Source: a virus
Direction: 5' to 3' (one strand)
DNA length: 64,000 nucleotides
IMG/VR virus record: IMGVR_UViG_3300038393_002515
Part shown: positions 58,165 to 64,000 of the stretch, in pieces
How the letters are laid out: each line of letters opens with the position of its first letter
Position numbering within the stretch: the stretch's first letter is position 1
Program-made: the position numbers and the translations under genes
The notes under the pieces: generated by a model
What the model saw: the letters and a program-made list of their open reading frames with translations, nothing else
Told to the model about the DNA's origin: nothing
Databases searched by the model: none

Positions 58165-60297
58165 ATGGCGACCCCTCCGCCGCCCCCTCCGGGTGGCAGC
58201 ACTCCGCCGGGCGGCCTGACGGGCGCCCTGCAGTCGTTGGCCATGCAGCTGCAGGCGCTGCTGCACCAGAACCAGACGTTGCAGAACCTGCCGTCCAGCA
58301 CGGCCAACGCGCTGCGACAGGCGCGACAGAACATCCTGAACCCGCAGGCGCTGATGGGCGGCCAGGTGCCTGCTCCCGTCGCGCCGAACGCGCAGTGGCT
58401 GCAGCAGACGGCCGCGCAGTTCCTGAGCCAGGTGGTGCTCAACCAGCCTCAGCGTTCGACGGGATCGGGGCCGACGCCGCCTGGGCCGACGCCTCCGACC
58501 ACACCGCCTCCGCCCGCGCCCTTGGGTATGCCGTACCCGTACCCCTTCCCGTACGTGAGCCCGTATGGGCACCCGCACATGCCGTACACCGGCCCCATGC
58601 CGGGCTACGGCGGCCCTCTCGTTGCGCCGTCGCACCCGGGCAGCAGCGGCGGCCACTCCTCGGGCATCGGCTCGTGGACGAAGTCGATGCTGCCCCGTGT
58701 CGGCGCGGCCATCGGCGGCCCCTGGGGCGCCGTCGCGGGTGCCGCTGTCGCTGCGGCCACGGACATCCCGGCAGAGATCCGCAGCCAGCGCGACAAGAAC
58801 GCCTACTACCAGTCGATCGAGGGCGGCTCGAACTTCGACGGCTTCGGCGAGCGCCTCCACGAGGAGGCGTACCGGTGGACGACGTTCGGTGTGCTCTCCT
58901 CCGACGAGGCCCGCCAGGCATTCAAGGGCGTCACGAAGTTGGGCTACAACTCCAAGGTGGAGGGCGGCATCGGCCGCCAGGACGCGCTGAACTTCATCTA
59001 TCACGGCAAGACCCGGCGCGGTGAGACCGTCGGCGAGTCCCTGCAGCAGCTGCAGGTGAACTCGAAGAACGCCCTGGGGTCGCTCAACGATCTCAACGAT
59101 GCCCTGAACGCGGTCTCCGACAGCGCGGGCAAGGCCGGGGTCAACGCGCAGCAGGCGCGCGCCGAGTTCACCCAGCTGATGGACCAGGCGATCAAGAGCG
59201 GCTACGGCTCGTCATCGACGGACGTGGCACGCCAGGAACAGGACCTGAAGAACAGCTACGGCCGGTCGTTCCAGGACATCGACGCCTCGGGCCGTCTGTC
59301 GCAGTCGCACGCCTACATGGCGGCTTCCCTCAGCGGGATCTCCGTCTCTCAGTACCTCACTGGAGGGGTGGAGACGAAGGCGCACGCCGATCAGGTCCTG
59401 GACCGGGCCACGGTGAAGGCCGCACTGAAGCCGGGCGTCGAGGACTGGATCAAGGCGCACGTCAAGGCTGCCGGAGGGAAGCTCGACGAGCAGGCGGCGA
59501 CCCAGCTCGGCCAGGAGATGCTCCAGCAGTTCTACCCCAACGACCCTTACGCTCTCTCGGCTGTCGTGGCGTCGCTGTCCGGGTACTCGAACCTGGGAAG
59601 CGACCCGGTCAAGGCCGCTACGTGGCTCGTTCAGCAGTACAACGGCAAGGGTGCGCTGGCCACGGCCAAGGCGGACGAGAAGAAGACCAGCAAGTCGAAC
59701 GCGGTCAAGACCGGGCTGACCAGCATCAGCTACCCGGACCAGGAGAAGCACGGCGGCTTCCTGGGCTTCGGCGCCAGCAACTCCAAGGCGTGGGACGCCT
59801 ACTCGAAGTGGGTGCACGAGAAGGGCCACGGCAAGCTGCAGGACGACCCTGTCATCGACAGCCTGCTCAACAAGATCAAGGGCGACGACAAGACGAAGGT
59901 CGCCGTCACCACGAAGTCCGGCAAGCGGGTGGTGTCGCTGGCCGACGCGATCAAGAACCACCGCAACGAGCTGGCGTCCGGCAAGGCCGTCATCGTCGAG
60001 GGAGACCAGGCGGGCAAGTCCGTCGCCGACATCCTCGGCAAGGGCGGTGTCGACCCGCTGCGCGACTTCTCCAAGGAGGCCAAGGCCACCGACAAGTCCG
60101 GCGAGTCGTACGCCAAGTGGGAGCAGGGCAGCAACGCCAAGGAGAGGAAGGCGCGGCAGAACCTGCAGCTCACTCTGACGCCGGAGGCGCGGCGCCTGCT
60201 GACCGTCCTGGACTCCACCGGTGTGGCCGGGTCCTCCGCGACCGCCACGCCGCCGCTGAGCCCGTACGCCTCGAACCCCAGCTACGGCGGGGAGTAG
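58165..60297 (+). CDS. tape measure protein (710 aa)
   Basis: Position after the G/GT pair. Has a Pro/Gly-rich N-terminus, a hydrophobic Gly/Ala segment (AAIGGPWGAVAGAAVAAA) and a long helical remainder. Confidence 0.75.
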   Translation: MATPPPPPPGGSTPPGGLTGALQSLAMQLQALLHQNQTLQNLPSSTANALRQARQNILNPQALMGGQVPAPVAPNAQWLQQTAAQFLSQVVLNQPQRSTGSGPTPPGPTPPTTPPPPAPLGMPYPYPFPYVSPYGHPHMPYTGPMPGYGGPLVAPSHPGSSGGHSSGIGSWTKSMLPRVGAAIGGPWGAVAGAAVAAATDIPAEIRSQRDKNAYYQSIEGGSNFDGFGERLHEEAYRWTTFGVLSSDEARQAFKGVTKLGYNSKVEGGIGRQDALNFIYHGKTRRGETVGESLQQLQVNSKNALGSLNDLNDALNAVSDSAGKAGVNAQQARAEFTQLMDQAIKSGYGSSSTDVARQEQDLKNSYGRSFQDIDASGRLSQSHAYMAASLSGISVSQYLTGGVETKAHADQVLDRATVKAALKPGVEDWIKAHVKAAGGKLDEQAATQLGQEMLQQFYPNDPYALSAVVASLSGYSNLGSDPVKAATWLVQQYNGKGALATAKADEKKTSKSNAVKTGLTSISYPDQEKHGGFLGFGASNSKAWDAYSKWVHEKGHGKLQDDPVIDSLLNKIKGDDKTKVAVTTKSGKRVVSLADAIKNHRNELASGKAVIVEGDQAGKSVADILGKGGVDPLRDFSKEAKATDKSGESYAKWEQGSNAKERKARQNLQLTLTPEARRLLTVLDSTGVAGSSATATPPLSPYASNPSYGGE

Positions 60298-60300
60298 GCC

Positions 60301-60960
60301 ATGGCTCTCGCGTCCCTGGGCTTCGCGGGCGGCCCGCAGATCACGTTCCGGATCAACCCCACGTCGATCGACTGGGGGTTCGACATCCACACCTCGGTCA
60401 CCCCGACCGTAGGCGGCAGGGTCGTGCAGATCACCGGCGCGACCCTGCGGGACGTGACGGTCGTCGGCTACCTCGGCGAAAACCGGAAGGCAGGAGCGGC
60501 CCCACGCGGCCAGGACCACCACGGGGCCAGCTGGCGCCTGCACGAGGCCTTCATCGCCAAGTGCCGAGCCATCATGGAGCACCAGTCCCGGGACTCCCGT
60601 ACGCCCGGCAAGATGCACGCCCCGGCGGTCTTCAACTACCCGCCGCACGGCTGGCGCTGGCAGGTCTACCTCACCGAGGTCTCCGACATCGACGGCCAGG
60701 CCTCGATCGAGCACCGCACCGGGAAGTACTCCCACGGCTACCAGCTGAGGCTGTTCATCGTGCAGGTCGGCTCCGACTCGCTGGTCAAGGCGGGCACCTC
60801 GAAGAACGCGGTCGACGCCGCCCAGGAGAAGGCCATCGCCTCCTACATCGCCCGCATCAGTGAGGGCATCGGCTGGCGCCAGACCGAGTACAACGGCGGC
60901 CTCATCGACGACGGCCAGACCAGCAAGGAAAGCGACAAAGGCCAGAAGGAGGACAAGTAG
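60301..60960 (+). CDS. baseplate or tail assembly protein (219 aa)
   Basis: First gene after the tape measure. Function inferred from position only. Confidence 0.5.
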   Translation: MALASLGFAGGPQITFRINPTSIDWGFDIHTSVTPTVGGRVVQITGATLRDVTVVGYLGENRKAGAAPRGQDHHGASWRLHEAFIAKCRAIMEHQSRDSRTPGKMHAPAVFNYPPHGWRWQVYLTEVSDIDGQASIEHRTGKYSHGYQLRLFIVQVGSDSLVKAGTSKNAVDAAQEKAIASYIARISEGIGWRQTEYNGGLIDDGQTSKESDKGQKEDK

Positions 60961-61181
60961 TGGCCAACCAGTGGGGCGCCGACGTGCCCGTCTCCATGCC
61001 GCAGCCGCTGCGCGCCGACCAGAAGGCCATCGTGCCCATGGGCGGCTTCGTGATGACCCTCGACGGCCTCTTCCCGGACATGTCCGCCGCCGACCACGAG
61101 CGGCTCGCCACGCCCTCCTACGCCCCCTACAACCCGCACCGGCCGGTCCAGGAGACGATCCCCGACCCCGAGGAGGAGTGA
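60960..61181 (+). CDS. small tail-module protein (73 aa)
   Basis: GTG overlaps the TAG by 1 nt, with SD AAGGAGGA upstream. Confidence 0.5.
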   Translation: MANQWGADVPVSMPQPLRADQKAIVPMGGFVMTLDGLFPDMSAADHERLATPSYAPYNPHRPVQETIPDPEEE

Positions 61182-61184
61182 GCC

Positions 61185-61838
61185 GTGGCCGACACCCGCA
61201 AGGGCCTGAACTGCACGCTCACCTACCCCAAGGACGGAACGAACCACACCTTCCGGGTGCGCGCCGACGTCCTCGGCCACGGCATGACGATGGTCGCCGA
61301 CTCCTCCAGCGCACGGAACGCGCGCGCGTACTACCCGCACCGGCCGACCCCGTCCCGCTTCTACCTGCGGGTGCTGCTCAAGGGGTACAGCGAACGGAAG
61401 GCGTTCGCCGACTGGATGCAGGGCTACGCGAACTTCGTCATGAACCCCGGCCTGCCCGCCGGAGACAAGTTCCCCGACATGCGAGTACTCCTCCCCGCCC
61501 GGGGCTTCGACCGGGAAGGTGTGCCGCTGTCGGGCTTCGAGTGGGGCAACACGGTGGGAGCCATGGTGTGGACGCCGGTCATCACGTTCGAGTGCACCCG
61601 GGAGCCGCAGGACACCGAGTCCTGGGCGCCGAGCAAGTTCGTGGACGCCAAGGACCCGGACATGAAGTACTTCTGGCCCATGGGCACACAGCTCGGCGGC
61701 AACGCGGTCCCGTCCGGCAACTACCAGACCATCGACCCCAGCAGCGACGGCGGCTCCGACCCCGGCCAGACCGAGCCCAGCACCCCAATGCCCAACGAGG
61801 GCACCCCGCCGAACGAGCGGTACGACTACGGGAACTAG
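61185..61838 (+). CDS. tail or baseplate protein (217 aa)
   Basis: GTG follows GAGGAGGAG. Function inferred from position only. Confidence 0.55.
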   Translation: MADTRKGLNCTLTYPKDGTNHTFRVRADVLGHGMTMVADSSSARNARAYYPHRPTPSRFYLRVLLKGYSERKAFADWMQGYANFVMNPGLPAGDKFPDMRVLLPARGFDREGVPLSGFEWGNTVGAMVWTPVITFECTREPQDTESWAPSKFVDAKDPDMKYFWPMGTQLGGNAVPSGNYQTIDPSSDGGSDPGQTEPSTPMPNEGTPPNERYDYGN

Positions 61839-61894
61839 GCCTTGACGGGAATAGGCCGACACACTGGTCATCCTTCCAGAAGCCTCACTGTGAA

Positions 61895-61932
61895 GAGACC
61901 TCTTTCGCCCACCAAGGGGCGGAGGTGGTCTC
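61895..61932 (+). promoter_or_regulatory. Late motif copy: hairpin GAGACC/GGTCTC enclosing CCAAGGGGCGGA (61912-61923)
   Basis: The 3' arm abuts GTG 61933. The SD GGAGGTGG lies inside the structure. Confidence 0.5.
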
Positions 61933-64000
61933 GTGCCGAATTTCGTCCTGGCCCCGGGCGTGAAGGCATACATCGCGACGGAGAAGCACGGAATCATCGA
62001 CGTCTCGGACGACCTTGTCGAGGGCTCGATGACGCGCCGGTCGGACGGCGTCAGCTCATTCAATTTCAGCCTGCAGAACACCCGGCGGAAGTACGACGGC
62101 GTGCTCACCCCGAACGACCGCATCTCGGTGCAGATGAAGCGGCTGAAGTGGGTGCAGGTCTTCACCGGCTACCTGAACAAGGTGCCGCTCGTGACGGCCT
62201 GGCCGCGTGTCGTCCACCTGACCGCTTCGTGCTCGCTGAAGCGGCTGCAGTACTGGTACTGGGACTCCCACGCCGAGGCGTCGCAGGCCATGGTGCGCCA
62301 GGCCCTGGAGGACGCGGGGAAGGACACCGGTGTCTCCGACGGCGGCATGACGAATGTCGCGCTCACCGTGCTGAAGAAGGTCGTCGGCTGGCCCGAGTCG
62401 AAGGTCCACATCGCCCGTATCCCGGGCACCTGGTTCTCCGTCGTCGAGACCCTGGCCAAGCAGATCAACGCCCAGCTCGACGACGCCGACGAGATCGCGC
62501 GTGCCCTGTTCGAGCAGCTTGGCACCGCGTCCGTCGGCGGTACGGGCGGTGCCGACGCCAGCTCGCTGAACGGCACCTACGGCGGGTTCAACAACCCGGA
62601 CCAGAAGGCCAACGCCGCGATCATCTACAACGTCGGCAAGGAGAAGGGCGGCTCCGGCCGCGACTGCATCATCGCGATCATGGTGGCGATGCAGGAGTCA
62701 GGCCTGCGCAACCTCAAGGGGGGCGACCGGGACAGCGCAGGCCTGTTCCAGCAGCGGCCCTCACAGGGCTGGGGTACGTACGAGCAGGTGACGGACCCTC
62801 GGTACGCGTCGGGGAAGTTCTTCGACGCCCTCTTCGAGGTCAAGAACCGCAACAGCATGGAGCTGTGGCAGGCATGCCAGGCCGTGCAGCGCTCCGGGGT
62901 CCCGAGGGCGTACGCGAAGCGCGAGAAGCCTGCGACCGCCATGGTGCGCGACCTGGAAAAGGGCGGCGGGAAGTACGGGGACCTCAAGTCGAAGCCCCAG
63001 GGCACCATCTCCGGCGTCGACCTGGCCCAGCTCGCGGTGAACTTCTGCCAGAAGTACCCGAACATCCCGTACACCCAGAAGTACGGCGGCACCCAGCTCG
63101 ACGTACTCTCGCAGAACCCCCCGCCCGGCCTGGACTGCTCCAGCTTCGTGCAGGCCATGTACCTGCGCGCGTTGGGCTCGCTGTACGGCCTGCCGCGCGT
63201 GGCGTCCGCGCAGTACGACGCCTGCAAGAAGGTGTCGGTGGAGAAGGCGCTGAAGACGCCCGGGGCGCTCGTCTTCAAGGGGTCCTCGCCGGACGGCATC
63301 TACCACGTCGAGATGAGCCTGGGTGACGGCAAGAGCACGATCGGCGCGCACCGCGCCGGGGCCAAGCCGCACGACGTCGGCATCAACCCGCCGTCGGCGC
63401 CGTCGTACTGGGACTACGGCGGCTTCCTGCCTCGCGTCGCGTACACCACCGGCGCGGGCACGGTCATCTTCGAGGGGTCGGACGGCACCAGCGGCGGCGT
63501 CAACGACATGAGCGGCGATCCCGGGGTCGAGCTGTCCACCGGCGCCGACGCGCCTGGGTACAACCCCAAGGACCCGTTCGACAAGATGTTCGGCGACAAC
63601 GCCTGGGCGCCGATCTCGACGGCGGAGAACGACCCGAACTACTTCCTGGCCCAGGCTCTGGCCGGACCGCGTGCGCTGCTGAACGACCAGCCGCTGCTGC
63701 CTTACCTGAAGAACCTGTTCAACTCGACGATGCGGAGCTTCTGCAGCGCACCGAATGGTGACCTGATCGCCTGGTACCCGGACTACTACGGGATGTGGGG
63801 CACGGCCGCCAAGATGGTCATCCAGCCCATCGAGGTGCAGGACTTCGAGGTGTCCTGGTCGGACGACTACATGGTCACCCACCAGTTCGTCGTCACCTCG
63901 CCGCAGACGCGAAACCTCTTCGACCCGGCGACTGGAACCGTGCAGCAGTCCGTCGCTGACTCCGTCCTGGCGAACATGGCCGTCTTCACCACGGGCGTCG
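61933..64000 (+). CDS. baseplate hub / tail-associated lysin, window-truncated (>689 aa): N-terminal hub-like region, muramidase/transglycosylase-like domain and NlpC/P60 peptidase domain
   Basis: The frame is open from GTG 61933 to the window end, so it is absent from the ORF track. IAIMVAMQESGLRNL..DSAGLFQQRPSQGWG is a lytic-domain motif seen in actinophage tail lysins. GLDCSSFVQAMY...IYHVEMSLG is the NlpC/P60 Cys/His pattern. Confidence 0.7.
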   Translation, partial: MPNFVLAPGVKAYIATEKHGIIDVSDDLVEGSMTRRSDGVSSFNFSLQNTRRKYDGVLTPNDRISVQMKRLKWVQVFTGYLNKVPLVTAWPRVVHLTASCSLKRLQYWYWDSHAEASQAMVRQALEDAGKDTGVSDGGMTNVALTVLKKVVGWPESKVHIARIPGTWFSVVETLAKQINAQLDDADEIARALFEQLGTASVGGTGGADASSLNGTYGGFNNPDQKANAAIIYNVGKEKGGSGRDCIIAIMVAMQESGLRNLKGGDRDSAGLFQQRPSQGWGTYEQVTDPRYASGKFFDALFEVKNRNSMELWQACQAVQRSGVPRAYAKREKPATAMVRDLEKGGGKYGDLKSKPQGTISGVDLAQLAVNFCQKYPNIPYTQKYGGTQLDVLSQNPPPGLDCSSFVQAMYLRALGSLYGLPRVASAQYDACKKVSVEKALKTPGALVFKGSSPDGIYHVEMSLGDGKSTIGAHRAGAKPHDVGINPPSAPSYWDYGGFLPRVAYTTGAGTVIFEGSDGTSGGVNDMSGDPGVELSTGADAPGYNPKDPFDKMFGDNAWAPISTAENDPNYFLAQALAGPRALLNDQPLLPYLKNLFNSTMRSFCSAPNGDLIAWYPDYYGMWGTAAKMVIQPIEVQDFEVSWSDDYMVTHQFVVTSPQTRNLFDPATGTVQQSVADSVLANMAVFTTGV

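Overview
This window is a very GC-rich segment with actinomycete (Streptomyces-like) codon usage, from a dsDNA tailed phage or prophage, cut at both ends. I call about 95 protein genes. All but five are on the + strand and they are tightly packed.

Layout:
(1) 1-5.2 kb: 13 small early-type ORFs, most preceded by a conserved CCCCAGGAGCGCCC start-associated box.
(2) 5.2-17.9 kb: four or five cassettes of small ORFs, each headed by a conserved ~33-nt promoter/operator-like element (GCATCTATnnnTGCGTTAGGGTGrGrTTC). They include Zn-ribbon paralogs, HTH proteins, two paralogous lipoproteins and small membrane proteins.
(3) 18-25.8 kb: dCTP deaminase, several large unknown proteins and an SNase-like nuclease.
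(4) 25.8-35.6 kb: portal, a double beta-helix tailspike, a CHAP endolysin and a 942-aa SWIM-finger protein.
(5) 35.7-39.5 kb: the only minus-strand block, bounded by strong hairpins. It encodes XRE HTH, an ImmA/IrrE protease, a 422-aa polytopic membrane protein and a PAP2-like membrane protein, plus a divergent 2-TM gene.
(6) 39.7-50.7 kb: a prohead-protease fusion protein, scaffold-like protein, major capsid protein, FN3 protein, fibre-like protein and connector-type proteins.
(7) 50.7-54.7 kb: ThyX, an RHH protein, a ParB/Srx-like protein and an Arr-like ADP-ribosyltransferase domain protein, all embedded among virion genes.
(8) 55-64 kb: a contractile-tail module with sheath, tube, G/GT chaperones with a canonical -1 slippery site, tape measure, and a baseplate hub with two lytic domains.

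The late half carries about 18 intergenic copies of a CCAAGGGGTGA-type motif, mostly inside hairpins whose stems covary and whose 3' arms cover the Shine-Dalgarno of the next gene. I saw no terminase, integrase, tRNA, rRNA or CRISPR array in the window. All functional calls rest on motifs I recognise by eye. No database search was run.
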